DNA from: Fistulifera solaris
Taxonomy: Eukaryota
Direction of reading: 5' to 3'
Assembly (NCBI GenBank): GCA_030295235.1
Contig: AP026128.1
Location: forward strand, 1-64,000
Length of the DNA: 64,000 nt
Below the pieces are notes generated by a model. It worked only from the letters and a program-made list of their open reading frames with translations. It did no database searches and was not told the origin of the DNA. Of this stretch, positions 1 through 12,470 are shown piece by piece (the stretch's first letter is position 1; the number at the start of each line of letters is the position of its first letter). The translations under genes and the position numbers were made by a program.

Positions 1-468
1 CTAACCCTAACCCTAACCCTAACCCTAACCCTAACCCTAACCCTAACCCTCCTAACCCTAACCCTAACCCTAACCCTAACCCTAACCCTAACCCTAACCC
101 TAACCCTAACCCTAACCCTAACCCTAACCCTAACCCTAACCCCAACCCTAACCCTAACCCTAACCCTAACCCTAACCCCAACCCTAACCCCAACCCTAAC
201 CCTAACCCTAACCCTAACCCTAACCCCAACCCTAACCCTAACCCTAACCCTAACCCTAACCCTAACCCTAACCCTAACCCTAACCCTAACCCTAACCCTA
301 ACCCTAACCCTAACCCTAACCCTAACCCTAACCCTAACCCTAACCCTAACCCTAACCCTAACCCTAACCCTAACCCTAACCCTAACCCTAACCCTAACCC
401 TAACCCTAACCCTAACCCTAACCCTAACCCTAACCCTAACCCTAACCCTAACCCTAACCCTAACCCTA
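1..468. repeat. Telomeric repeat array (CCCTAA)n, i.e. TTAGGG telomere
   Basis: Near-perfect CCCTAA tandem array from the window start, with a few CCCCAA variants and one CCCTCCTAA irregularity near 47-55. Confidence 0.99.
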
Positions 469-503
469 TTTGTGTGCAGATGTGAAATTCATCCACAATA
501 TTA

Positions 504-1005
504 TTGCGGCTGGGCGTAATAATTTCACATTCGCGGCGCTTCGCAATTAGTGGCGCTGTTAATGGTTCCGATAGTGCATCGACGCATGTCGTAGCCGAGT
601 ATAGCCGGAATGATACATATTATTTGGTGGGAGAGAACTTTGCTTATGATTATGATGCAGGGCGTGATTTTGTTAGCGAAGCTCAAGTCACTATTGACGG
701 TGTTGTTTGTCAGGATTACTTCATTGAAGATAACTGCGAATTTATTGACTGTCGCAACGCTCCTAATGGAGAGCTGTATGACAATATTCCTAATTATCAA
801 TCCAACCTAAGTCATCCTCTCTATGTCTTTGATAACGAGGACAATACGATTTGCCCCGGTCAAGGCTTTGACCAGTACTACGACGACGATTACTACGACA
901 CGACCGCATGACAGCCCCAGCACAACAAATGATGATTCTTTCACAGCGGATGACGACACTCCCACGATGAATGATGATATTCCTCCTCAGGAGGACGCAC
1001 GATAA
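504..1005 (+). CDS. Hypothetical acidic (D/E/Y-rich), possibly secreted protein; probable frameshift near 905
   Basis: 135-aa ORF 504-911 with protein-like composition and a hydrophobic N-terminus; the D/T-rich tail appears to continue in ORF 823-1005; start uncertain. Confidence 0.5.
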
Positions 1006-1277
1006 AGGAACGGCATATAAAGGCGTGTCGTTATTGGGGCAGCTTCTTCTTCCCTCTCCTGAGCACAAGCTACGAAGATGGGACGGATACAACGGATAGC
1101 TTAATTGCCGCTTCTCAATCAATTGAACCTTCCCTTTGTGAACAAGCTTCACCTCAACTAGTTTATTTTAATCAAGCACGTTTATTTCATCTTGTGTGAT
1201 GCGCGAAATCAAACTTTGTTTATCAACTGATGGTGATATTCGTTTCCGCTAAAATGATGCTCCGTGAAGCTTGTCTA

Positions 1278-1750
1278 TCATACATTATGATACGACATGC
1301 ACACTCCGTATCCGTTTCCACCACAAATCATGGACGGATATTGTCGACAATCGCCTCGCCGCGGTCGTTCTCCCATGTAAACACACTCTTGAAAACTCCC
1401 ACATTGGATCGACGACGTGCACGGATAGCACATATCCCCCGCGAGCGGTTTTGCACACATGGGCTTGCTATTCCATTGACGCACGCAGGTGCCACTGAAA
1501 CCGCCACCGACGCACGTGACACTGTTGCGATAGTTGTTGCAATCAAACGCCGTATTCGCGCACGTACATCCCCATTCTGGCGGGGCATTTGCGGGACAAT
1601 TCGGACCGGCGTATCCAGGATATTGATTCCATGTAATGATGCAGAGATCTTTTGATTGTGTCGATCAAAGAGACCTTCGTCAAACAGAGCTTGTATTATT
1701 GTCGTCATTGCGACGAATGTGATTATGAAGTATATTGTTCGAAGCGTCAT
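1278..1750 (-). CDS. Small secreted cysteine-rich protein (about 157 aa; one-base frameshift near 1650)
   Basis: Signal-peptide-like MTLRTIYFIITFVAMTTIIQA; adding one A in the CAAAAG run joins it to KDLCIITWNQYPGYAGPNCPANAPPEWGCTCANTAFDCNNY...GVCMSYHNV* with 15 Cys, ending in ORF 1278-1484. Confidence 0.65.
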
Positions 1751-2208
1751 GGGAATGAAATCGCTGATGCTTTAAAAGCTATTGAGAAATATTAGAGCCT
1801 CGAGTGTTGCGAATGAAATAAGAGAGAAGGGATGAAATAGAGTCAAAAGGAAAGGATAATGTTAACAGCGTCAAAGAATAATCATCGTCGTTTGGTGTCG
1901 TGTTTTTCGCGTCCTTTGTCCTTTTTCTTCGTCGAGAAGGCTTCGAAATTTTAGGAATGCTTTATCAACTGCAAAGTAGTTTGGGAGGCCCAACGGATCG
2001 AATTTTGCATACAGTAAACAGTAACACATGAAACCGGAATGACCTTTACTTTAAGCCTTAACCCTTTATACAGGTTTGAAAGATTCGCAAGCGCTGCGAC
2101 GAAAGCGCAAGCGCAACGACCATGGCGGCAACAAAAGCGAGAATTTCATTCATTGATTTCTTCTTTCTTCTTTTCTTATTATTTCTCAACAGGAGTCATT
2201 TTGTTTCC

Positions 2209-3055
2209 ATGCAGAGTAATTCTACAAAGAAAACGACTCTCAAAGTCGTCATTTTGGGCGATAGCGGGTACGTTGAAATTGCATGTTTGTGTTTGACGAC
2301 GACGACTCGTCGAGTGTTCGTTCTTTTCGTTCTACATGATTTGTTGTGTTCTATTTCTTCTCTTTCTTCTTTCGTTGTAATAAGTACGCACTTATCTTCC
2401 GCTCCTCTTACAATCCTACTTTTAGCGTCGGAAAAACGTCATTATTGAATCGCTATTCGACCGGAACGTTTACCGGTCAATACAAAGCCACGATTGGGGC
2501 CGATTTTTGACGAAACAAGTCGTTGTGACCGATTGGACGGGACAGCGTCATGTGGTACAATTACAATTATGGGATACAGCCGGACAAGAGCGATTTCAAA
2601 GTTTGGGTGTCGCCTTTTATCGGGGGGCTGATGCGGCCATGTTGGTGTACGACATCACGGATCCGGCCAGTTTTGATCATTTGGAGCACTGGCGTACCGA
2701 GTTTCTGCAACAAATAGGAGTTTCCATTCCAGCCTTACAGGAAGTACCTTTTCCGTTTGTGGTAATCGGCAACAAGAATGACAAACAGAATGAACGCTTA
2801 GTTCCAGCACAACGTGCCGAAGAATGGTGTCTTCGTGTCGGAGGGAATCGACCGCTCTATCGGGTCGAAACATCCGCGAAAACCGCACTGAATGTCGATG
2901 AAGCGTTTGAAGAACTGGCGCGTCTGGCATTGCAATATGGAGATTACAAACGCCGGACGCAACCACAACTCTTTGTGCCACCGAAAGTGCCTCCGATTGA
3001 TTTACGGCATAGTGTCAGTAGTACGGTCAGTGACAAGAACGATAAGTGTTGTTGA
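2209..3055 (+). CDS. RAB7: Rab7-family small GTPase; exons 2209-2267 and 2426-3055
   Basis: Spliced GDSGVGKTS, YKATIGADF, WDTAGQERFQSLGVAFYRGAD, GNKND, ETSAK and C-terminal CC; GT-AG intron 2268-2425. Confidence 0.93.
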
Positions 3056-3512
3056 AGCGGATAGAAAGTGAACGACATTGGTGGAAGAACAGATGCTTTG
3101 CGAGACGGGAGTGAAGAGAAAAGAACAAAGAACGAGCTAACACCGTATATGGATCGGAGAAAAGGCAGATTGTCAAAAGGACACAACCTGTATTATCTCG
3201 TTTCTGGATCGTTGGATTGATTTCTTCGTAACGGAGTTCATGAGAATACAAAAGCATGGTCTCTAGCCTTGTAACTAAATCTAATGATGATGCTTTCGTT
3301 GTTCACTGTTTCATTTCGCACGTCGCACTAGACGTTCTAGAGAGAAGTCGTAGCGTTACCGTCACCGACTGACTCCATTTTCGCAGTCACAAAAAAGATT
3401 TTCGACAAAAGCATTTTTCTCGATTTCGATGAAACGCAATAAGCTTCGTTGAAATAACTAGTCTATTGAAACCTTCATTCCTCATTATTATTTCCTCCAA
3501 AGCATGTCTAAG

Positions 3513-4209
3513 AATGAAACCAAGGCGCCAGAGAAGAGCTGCGATTGTATGGTTATTACTTTTCGCTCAACTATTGAAAGTCTCTGATGCGTTTCTGCGG
3601 CACCCTTTATCCGTCCAAGTCAGTTCGTTTCGTGTTCCGCCCTTCTTTGACACTCTTCATAACGACAAATGCGGAGAGAATAACGAAATGAAGAAGGACA
3701 ATAATGATTCAGAAGAGTCCACCATGCAATCATCATCGTCTGCCCTTTCGCAAGCACTATTGCTGCAAGCGCAACTACAAGCACTTCGACAAGAAATTCA
3801 GCAAGACGTTCAGAAATTACAACAACACAAAGAAGCACTCCTTCAGAAAAAATGCGACAAAGTTGATCAATGGATTGATACTCTGCTAGTCGCAACACAT
3901 GTCAATGAAGACACCCAAATGTTGCATTCGGTCGAAACGGTCGCACAAACGCTCATGGACGAACGATTCAGTCCGGAACAAGTGAATGCCATTTTTGAGC
4001 GCATGACACAAGACGATCCTCTGCAGCGAGTAGAATCGCCACTCGTTGAATTGCTGGTTGATGCGTGTAATTTGGTGGATTGTCTTGAAGAGAAAAATCC
4101 CAACAAGCGATGGAATGGACGGGTGGAAATGAAATTGCGACGAAAAATGTTTGCCATGAAGTGGGGCATTGAACTAGAAGAGGAGAAGGAGCGAAGTTTG
4201 TATGACTAG
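3513..4209 (+). CDS. Hypothetical coiled-coil protein with putative bipartite plastid presequence
   Basis: Long ORF; hydrophobic signal ending in SDA-F followed by an S/R/P-rich transit-like stretch; Q/L/K coiled coil. Confidence 0.7.
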
Positions 4210-4757
4210 TAACGGTGCGTTAAATGGACGCGTTTGGGACGACAAGGATCGATTTCAAATACTGTACACAACTAGGCAAGACGTCAATAAAATTGCCAAT
4301 TTTGATTGCTTCTATTCAAACGCGACAACCGCTCCTCATGACGCTTAGCGACATGACAGCCCATGTCTTCTTTTTGTCTTTCACTCGAAATTTAAATCCG
4401 ACGCGCGTTACCTTCGAAAAGCTCATTTGGCTTTTATTGTCGAAAAGACCCAAACTTGATAAACTTGTAGCGAAATATCAATAAAGCCACAAAATTCATT
4501 CACTATTGACCGTTTTGCAATAGCCATCTTACTATCGAAGTCGACTCGATAGTTCGACGACATAATCAGCTTTTTGTATGCGGTTGATTTGAGAATTATT
4601 TCTCATCCGATGAGTATCTTTTCTCGTCAGTCTATACTGTTGTTCGGTTGATCCACTTGACACGGCTCTTTTAATTATATACTGCAAACCGGTCTGATGA
4701 TTTGCAGGTCAAACAACGACGCCTACTCGATTAATGGCGACTGCTCGCCACCTGTTG

Positions 4758-6356
4758 CTACCATTTGCTCTGTCTCGCGTAATAATTAACGACCGAAAAG
4801 ATATCCATTCGGTCTTCTGGCAAGGGGCGTATGCACTTTTGCACTACATCATACAATCGCCCTTCAATCAACGATCGATTTTGGTATTTGGGGTCCATCT
4901 TCGGGACCTGGCCATTCAAAATAAGTTTGCGATTCGCTTTTTGGTCCACATTCTCGTAAAATGGGTACAAGCCTGTCAACAAACTAAACACCAATGTCCC
5001 GTAGCCCCACAGATCCACTGTCTCGGTCGCCGTGCCATTTCCCCAATAGGCCTCGGCGGGCCGCAGATCACCATATGGGTAATCAATGTCGTACGGACAG
5101 TATGTACCTGCTGTTTCATTCCAATCCAGGACCATTGCATTATTCACATCACTGAGAACAACATTCCCATTGTCTAGCATAACCCACTGATCTAAAGCAA
5201 TATCGTCGTGACTAATAACCCCTTTGGCATATCCGTGCAATTCAGCCAAGCCTTCGGCCATGCTCAAAGCAAAGCTTAACTTTTGCTCGGGAGTGAATGA
5301 ATTCAACGGATCGGGATGACGGCGCAATTGCTGCGGAGTTGCCCGCCCATCATCTTCTTGCCATTTCAATCGACGTGGAATGACTTGATGCACAAAATCG
5401 TTTCCAGCCTGTAACATGGTCGAAGTCGAGCAGTATCCATAGAAATTAGCAAACGTTGGACGAGTACTGAGGGCTTCCATGAGAACGGCTTCCCGCAAGA
5501 CAGCTCGTTGATTCTTGATATTGATCGGGAAATCTTCATGATAGCGCAAATGTTTCATGACCATTTGTTCCGACTCTGGATAGACAATATTGCGTCTCAC
5601 TTTGGCACCTGATTTCCAGTACTTATTGCGAAAACGATAGGATTCTCGATAATAGCCATGTGCCAAGTATTCCACCAAAAACGGTTGTACATCCTGATCT
5701 GCCGAATATTCCAAAGCCAATTCATGAAAGACATTGCAATTGGGTTTCATAACGAATTGCCATCCGGCGGAACGACAGTCATCTTTGGTGAACTCCTGGT
5801 CCTCATATCCATCGTAGTAGCTGCGCAAATGTTTGTTGTCAATATCGTACAAGAATTGTCGTCGTTGATCATGATATAGGTCGGCATCATCCTTCGCAAT
5901 GTGTCGTTCAAAGTCATCGTATCGTCCAAAGTAACTTTCAAACTCCAGATCATTGTAATCTGGATTTAATAGATGAGGAATCGGCTCTAGTTTGTCGACA
6001 GGTGATCGTCCCGGAGGATACAATTCAATAGGATCGTCGTAAAGAAGAATCATGCGTGCTGTCTGATTGGCTGAATGGGAAGACATCCACGACGACGACG
6101 ATGGGTGATCGAGTCGCCACGACAACCGACGCAGATACGTCCACCAGCAACGTTGATGGACGTGATGCCCATAGACTGTAAACAACGTCCATAAAGATGC
6201 CGATGCCGCCACAATAAGGACACGGACGCGAGTGAATTGAAACGACCGTTGGTGTTGTTTGTGATCGACGAAACTGTTTTCTTTCGAATGCTCATTGTGA
6301 GGAAGCAGTGTCGGCGCTTTGCGACGTCGTACGGATGCCAGCATGGGAGTAGACAT
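4758..6356 (-). CDS. Type II membrane protein-kinase-like protein
   Basis: N-terminal TM (VLIVAASASLWTLFTVY); AHGYYR Gly-loop, VMK, FYGYC, HDDIALDQW catalytic loop, SDVNN, PAE, DLWGYG, LLTGLYPF. Confidence 0.85.
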   Translation of the reverse strand: MSTPMLASVRRRKAPTLLPHNEHSKENSFVDHKQHQRSFQFTRVRVLIVAASASLWTLFTVYGHHVHQRCWWTYLRRLSWRLDHPSSSSWMSSHSANQTARMILLYDDPIELYPPGRSPVDKLEPIPHLLNPDYNDLEFESYFGRYDDFERHIAKDDADLYHDQRRQFLYDIDNKHLRSYYDGYEDQEFTKDDCRSAGWQFVMKPNCNVFHELALEYSADQDVQPFLVEYLAHGYYRESYRFRNKYWKSGAKVRRNIVYPESEQMVMKHLRYHEDFPINIKNQRAVLREAVLMEALSTRPTFANFYGYCSTSTMLQAGNDFVHQVIPRRLKWQEDDGRATPQQLRRHPDPLNSFTPEQKLSFALSMAEGLAELHGYAKGVISHDDIALDQWVMLDNGNVVLSDVNNAMVLDWNETAGTYCPYDIDYPYGDLRPAEAYWGNGTATETVDLWGYGTLVFSLLTGLYPFYENVDQKANRKLILNGQVPKMDPKYQNRSLIEGRLYDVVQKCIRPLPEDRMDIFSVVNYYARQSKW

Positions 6357-7403
6357 TGTGGGTTGGTTATGAATGTGTCGAAAATTGAAATAGCTCAAGA
6401 AACGACGATATTGGTAGGCTAGGAATAGCGACAAAACAATCCAAGGAAAAATGGAGGTGAATAATTGTCGTGAGTGTGAATGAGTGTGAGTGATTGAAAC
6501 ATGCACGAAAGGAGCAATGCCTAAATACGCGTGCACTTACGTACACAATCTCTATAGTAAGGTTCTTACAAAGTGCGTGATGCGTTGAAAATGATGATAT
6601 AACTCTGAAAAGTACAGAATGCGCCTGTCACCGTAAAGTACTACGTATTTCAGAGCTCTTCCTATGTAACGAACAAACGATTCGAATACTTAAAAAGAAA
6701 AGAGCCGTTGGTAAGGATACATTTTCTTGTCTTGCCTTCATTTGTCATTTGCCGCGGTCGCGGGTCGCAGCACGCACTTTTTTAGAATGCCGTTCAGTTT
6801 TGGGATGCATGATGTTTCTTCGTCATCGTCTCTGGCTTTTGCGATGACCAAGCGATGACAGAAGGCGCTGTCGTTGTTGCGAACAGATGACACATGTTTG
6901 TTCAGTGATTCTCCGCTTCTTACAGGTTTCAATTCGGCCGCGTTCGCAGTCATAAAATACGTTGTCTTCCCAAACAGACGATCGACGTGATTACGCTCAC
7001 ACGAAATTAGTACCCTCATTCCAGAAGCGTTCGTGGCCGTCCTGGATCCGGAATCGTGGAAGAGAAGTACGGTTCGGATTATAACATCCCTTTCGACTAC
7101 GAGGAATACGGTCAAACAGCTGTCAAATCACCTTGCGAACCGCGATACTGGCAACAAACGCGAATTCCCCGGAGTTTTTCAAACGACGAAGTGCCGTTGG
7201 ATTGAAGTAATACATTGTTGGGCAATATTCGTCGAGATGTGGCGATAATAATCATTCGTCTAAGCCTCTGTGGAAATATTGAATGCTCACAAGTGACTGG
7301 GGTGTTTTGGTGTCCTCATTGTGATCTGTTTACATGATATGGAACTTCTTTTATCAACAATTTACAGAGAACAACAATTCTGGATTAATGGTTTGTGAAA
7401 CAC

Positions 7404-9200
7404 ATGAGTCTACAAGCGCAGTAGCAGCGAGTCGTCGGCCTTCTGTCTCGTTCGAACGCCTGGACAATTAAAGTCTCCGACCTCTCCGCAATTCTGGACA
7501 TTCATTGTACCCTTTCCGTGAACTTGGTCCATCCTCGTGCTAGGAAAATGCATCCATTTCGTGGCGAGGAGTAACAAGTTTGCCAAAACATGCTTGGTGA
7601 GGGCTTGTAAAAAGCTCATAAAAACTTGTATACCCTCGACTTCAAAACGAGGAGAGACGAGTGAGAATGAGCCTCGTAAACATAAGTGAAGAAGATCGTC
7701 TTTCCGATTTCAGCGAAAGGCAACTTACCGTGGAGATTCAAGATTTGCAAGACTTGAGCATAATCTTGGAGACGGCAGGGGAAGCGACGGAATGCCTTTT
7801 GTGGTTACCTCAGCGTGAAGCGTTTCTCTCCAATGTTTCACAATTCGGGTCTTCGGTTCACATTCCAGGCTACAGGTGTCCTACCATGGAAATCGAGTGG
7901 TCAGACGAAGGCAGTGAGCGCTTTTCATATTGGCATGTACATGCGATGACAGTTACCTTGGAGCGTCAAATTGTCGCTCACCTCGTCACGCTCCCCGATG
8001 CCAACGGATTCACTAGTCTTTCTGTCACTTCGATGCTCGAAGACGACCAAAAAATCTCTTTCCATGCTCACCCGATCAAATCAAGAAGACCTTCCATTAT
8101 AATATTGATCGAGAATTGCACATTCAAGACTTCGCTCTGGATGAATCTCAAGCGGTTGCACTGGTGGAGCCTGAGTTGCCTTTGCGTATCAAGCTCAGCA
8201 GTTGTCAGTTTATTTCCAAAGATGCGAGCATGGCGGGACATAGCGCTTTCAATCAAGCTTTGCAAAGAAGATCAAGTCTTTGCATTCGCTGTCCTTTGGT
8301 CAAAATCTCCCTTTCCCACAAAGTCAGTTTCGACAACGTCAGCTCATTAAATTTTGGAGGATTGCCGCATCTCTCAAAGTCGTTGAGACTCTTTGTCTGG
8401 AAGACCTAGATGTCACGAAAGAAAACGGATTCGGAGAATTGTCGAGCGTTCCGCTAAAGAGACTAGTCCTAAGCGATTGCACGTTCGGACTCGAAGGGAC
8501 CGGAATTGAGATCATTGCCGAGCTCATTCACTGCGGTTGTCTATCGGAAGGTCTCGTGTGCGATGGCCTTGAATGTGAACTCGGTCCTTCATGGTACATC
8601 TTTGGCTGTGCCATCGCCAACTGTCAACTTTCAGAACTCCGTTTAGAAAATGTGGGCAGCAAAGAGGCGGCCCTATTGACGATGGGCGTCTTCGAGATGG
8701 TGGGACGCAACACCAAGCTCCAGCATCTCTCGGTCGGTGACTATTTCAACTTCTCGCCTGATGTATTTACATGGCTCATGGCAGCCTTATCTAAGCATCC
8801 GTCGTTGCAAGTCTTTCAAGTTGACAATGTCCACGAGGGCATTCCTCAAGATTTACCCGCGACGGCCCTCAAGTCGTTGGCCGAAATGATGCAGCTCAAC
8901 CGTAACATTGACGTCGATGTGCAGCTTTCTCGCTACAAAAGAAAGCTCGATGAGACCAGCTCGATTGAGCGATTGCAGAAGTTCAACCGATTCTCTCGGC
9001 AAGTTGGAAAGCTTGCCAAACTCGAAGATCTTAACGATCGTTTGACGTTGGTCGGTACGTCTGCAGTAGAAACCGGAAGTGATTTCCAAAAACTTTCTCT
9101 TTTAATCGCAGGTCATGTCGATATACTCGTGCCTTCATTCCGGGACGCAGTATATGGCGAGGAGGAAGCTTCGTCTCGAAAACGAGCACGATTAGGTTAG
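7404..9200 (+). CDS. RNI/LRR-like lineage-specific family protein (frameshifted, start uncertain)
   Basis: Overlapping ORFs 7661-8350, 8116-8409 and 8280-9200; LxxLxL repeats (LKRLVLSDC, LSELRLENV, LQHLSV); C-terminal NRF...FQKLSLLIAGHVDIL shared with paralogues at 12.5 kb and 46.7/59.2 kb. Confidence 0.65.
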
Positions 9201-9499
9201 ACGCGCTTATGCACAGTTATATGCTTAAATGATACATCCCTTTTCGTGGATACGCGTTCAACAAACACCCTGCATACTCTGTATATATTGACGATACTCA
9301 AATCTGCACAGCAGAAACTTTACATAAAACTAGATGCACGTAAAAACCTTTAGACTTCTCACAGCATTCACCTGAGGTGGACTACACTAAGTTCTCTCTG
9401 TCGTTAGTTGCGGAGGACGATATCGAGTCGCCCCATGATAAAGCTACCACCTCACCGTAGAATTAAAACTCAATGATGAGAATAATCATAGTGTATAAG

Positions 9500-10536
9500 T
9501 CACCCCGCCTTTGTTCTTTTCGTAAGAGCTGCAATCTCCTTTCTGATCTCGTCCACAAACGCGGTGAGCGTCTTCTTCGTCTCCGCATCTTTCTCCCCTA
9601 CCAACGCCAGCTGACGCTCTCTCAACTCTTTCTTCAATGCGGAAATTTCCTTGCGAATATCCTCTTCTTGTTGCTTGCTCGTCATTTGAGCGATAGCCTG
9701 AGTAATCTGTCCGACACCCATCATCAATGCATCCAGTTTGTTATTCATATCCCCGTTGCTTGGCATAACAACGGGGGCAGCGATGACAGCAGCGGCAGCT
9801 GGAGCAGTCTCCGCCTTCTTTTCCCGGGACGCCGACCTCTTACCGGCAACTTCGAGGGAGTAGCCGTCTTAGTTGCTTTCCCATCACCACTCTTGTTGCC
9901 CGTCTTTTGTTTCTTTGTCGCTGGCGCTGCTAGACTTTCCGTCAAATTCTCCAGAGCCCCGGGAGGCAGTTTGAGCGGCATGACTACCGGAGGCGTTGTC
10001 ACGACAGCAGATATCGTGTTTTTGACAGCCGACATTCGTTCCTTGAAGTTTTTCTCTTCTTCCAAGACAGAGTAAAGTAATTTGCGACTTTCTCTTTCAA
10101 AATGCTTGACAAACTGCACATCTCGCTCATCCGTCAATTTCAAATGATCCGAGGCCAGGTAATTCAGAAGAAACTCTGCGTCTTGGTTCTTTGTATCCTT
10201 TTCCTTATGCTTCGGATCTCGTCGACGAATCTCTTTCATGATCATCAGTTTGTTGAATTTCAATGAATAACGCTTACGAAACGTTTGCTTATCTTCCAGT
10301 TGCTTCGCTTCCGATTCTGCGTAAGGACTTTTGTTCGTGATATCCCATTCGGGAAACATAGCTTGTACGATCATATAAATGTACGAGACGTGCGTCATGG
10401 AGTTGAGTGATGTCTCCATAAACTTTTGCAACTCTCCTTTCTCGGCTTCTTCTTTCGGAGGCGAATACGAGAGATCCTCGGGATTCAAGGCATCCAATTC
10501 CTCCGTCGACTTTGTATTCTTTCTTTTCCCGGCCAT
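9500..10536 (-). CDS. Hypothetical protein, tandem paralogue A (frameshift near 9800-9830)
   Basis: ORFs 9745-10719 and 9500-9766 align to the N- and C-terminal halves of the neighbouring 10991-12079 protein. Confidence 0.75.
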
Positions 10537-10990
10537 TGTGAAGTGAATTTTAGTGAAAAATGACCTTCTTTTGCTACAATGGCACAACAACAAAAGTTTG
10601 AAAATGCGCTGCAACTGCAACACGATGCGCGATGTTGACGTGCAGCGGCGATGACCGCGTGCTATGTGACCAATGACGAGGAAAACCCTAATAAACCTTG
10701 TCGGAACGGGATGTAACACCTGAAACTACGGAAACATATAATTTCAAAAAATAGCCTAAACCCGGATTTAGCTAGGCTTTGTGACCATGATAGATCATGA
10801 TTCTAGCTCAGGTCAATTTGACTTTTCCATCTCCTTTGAGGCTATAGAGTTATATCTCAGCTGCACGTAGGAATCCAAAAAGTAAAATTATCTTGTTATT
10901 AGTTGCCTGTCATTTCCAACTTCATAATGCAGACCGCCGTCGTGTCGCCCATTAGAGCTGTCATACCCCGTGCAGCGAGCATCCACTTTT

Positions 10991-12079
10991 TTACGCCAGC
11001 CTCTGTCTCTTGGCTGTAATCTCCGCGATTTCTTCCTGCATTCCTTCGATCAAACCAAGCAAAGTTTGTTTTGAGGCCGGATCCGGTTCTTTCGCCCACA
11101 CTATCTGTAGCTCTCGACGCTCCCTTTTTAGAGACGCCAATTCTTTTCGTAATTCTTCATCTTCGACCGATTTGGCTTCCTGACGGACCGCCACCATCGT
11201 GTCCGCGATGCGGGTAATGGCATGACTTAGTTTGCTGACTTCAACCAGCAACTTGTCGAGCGTGTTATTCATGAGAATACTATTCCGATCCGGGCCGGTT
11301 GCTGTCGAAGCATGATTCGCGGCGGGCGGGCGTTGCGGAGACGAAACAGTACGAGAATGGGCCCCTTGCGACGGTCGACTGCCGGGTGTTGTTGTCCTCG
11401 AGGTGGAATTTCGCTGCGCTGCCGGAGCGGCACGGTGAGAGCCTGCCATATCCACTTGCCTTCCATCGGCTGCAGCAGCATCTCTGCTTTTCTCAAAATC
11501 ACTTCTCCTTTGCAGAAAAGCTCGAATCGTCGCTCGCAATTCCCTTTCGCGATACTTCAAGTAAAGCACATCTCGAGGATCTCTCAAGGGTAAACGCTCG
11601 AGTTCTTCAAAGAGCGCACTGATTGTCTTGTTTTTCGAATTTCGTCCCAATGAATCATCGCGTCGACGAATTTCCTTGACGAGTAATCGTTTGACGATTT
11701 TGAGAGCTTGATATTCACGGGGCTTTTTATCCTTCAGCTCTTTCATTTCGTTTTCGGCATACGGAGTTTTGCGGGGAATATTCCAATCGGGAAATGCGGA
11801 TTGTACTAACATAAAGACGTACGATCGATGATCACCGGGAGCCAAATAAGTTTCGTCTTCCATGCATCGTTGCAAATCACCTTTTTCGATATCTTCGACA
11901 GGCGGCGTGTACCTCGGATCCTCCGGATTCCAAACGTCTAAATCATCCACGGGCGTTTCATTTTCGTCAAAGGAAACGCTATCGTCGAGTAACGGGTCGT
12001 CGGAGCTGCTCTCATCATCGTCATGATGAGTCGGACGATGCTGGTGATTCTGGTGATGATGATGGGAAGGGTCGCTCAT
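10991..12079 (-). CDS. Hypothetical protein, tandem paralogue B
   Basis: Uninterrupted ORF; shares NPED..Y.PP.E..EKG.LQ, FP.W.I....PYAE.E, KEIRRRD and a C-terminal coiled coil with paralogue A. Confidence 0.8.
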   Translation of the reverse strand: MSDPSHHHHQNHQHRPTHHDDDESSSDDPLLDDSVSFDENETPVDDLDVWNPEDPRYTPPVEDIEKGDLQRCMEDETYLAPGDHRSYVFMLVQSAFPDWNIPRKTPYAENEMKELKDKKPREYQALKIVKRLLVKEIRRRDDSLGRNSKNKTISALFEELERLPLRDPRDVLYLKYRERELRATIRAFLQRRSDFEKSRDAAAADGRQVDMAGSHRAAPAAQRNSTSRTTTPGSRPSQGAHSRTVSSPQRPPAANHASTATGPDRNSILMNNTLDKLLVEVSKLSHAITRIADTMVAVRQEAKSVEDEELRKELASLKRERRELQIVWAKEPDPASKQTLLGLIEGMQEEIAEITAKRQRLA

Positions 12080-12470
12080 GCTTTCTCGATAATATGGTGT
12101 CGCTTGCTGGTGGGTTCTTTGTCGACACCATGACAATGAAAGGCACACCCGTGCGCCCGCAACGGGTCATTTTGGGTTTGCTGCTGCTGCATCGAAAAAC
12201 TGCCCGTCCGATCCATCGGAGCGGCAGCCATAACACGGTTTGCGGAGTGAATTCAGTCGCGAACCGTCTACTTCTCACCATGATACTGTTAAAGATCATT
12301 ATTATACTGTAGAACGTGCTTGAGGAGGCCTTTTTACAACAGCCTCATTTTATTCTTTTCTGTTATTGTTTTTGTTCTTCGCCACCAGCTCGGTGCCTGC
12401 TTTTGAGATACATTCGACCTTTCGATCCATTAGAGTCTCTTTTTCAACGCTATTATTACAACTCCGTATC

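Noticed and set aside
4734..5177. Antisense ORFs overlapping well-supported genes (e.g. 4734-5177, 9473-10075, 36309-36911)
   Set aside because: Shadow frames of genes on the opposite strand
6738..7248. ORFs 6738-7115 (-) and 7033-7248 (+)
   Set aside because: No recognisable motifs and weak starts
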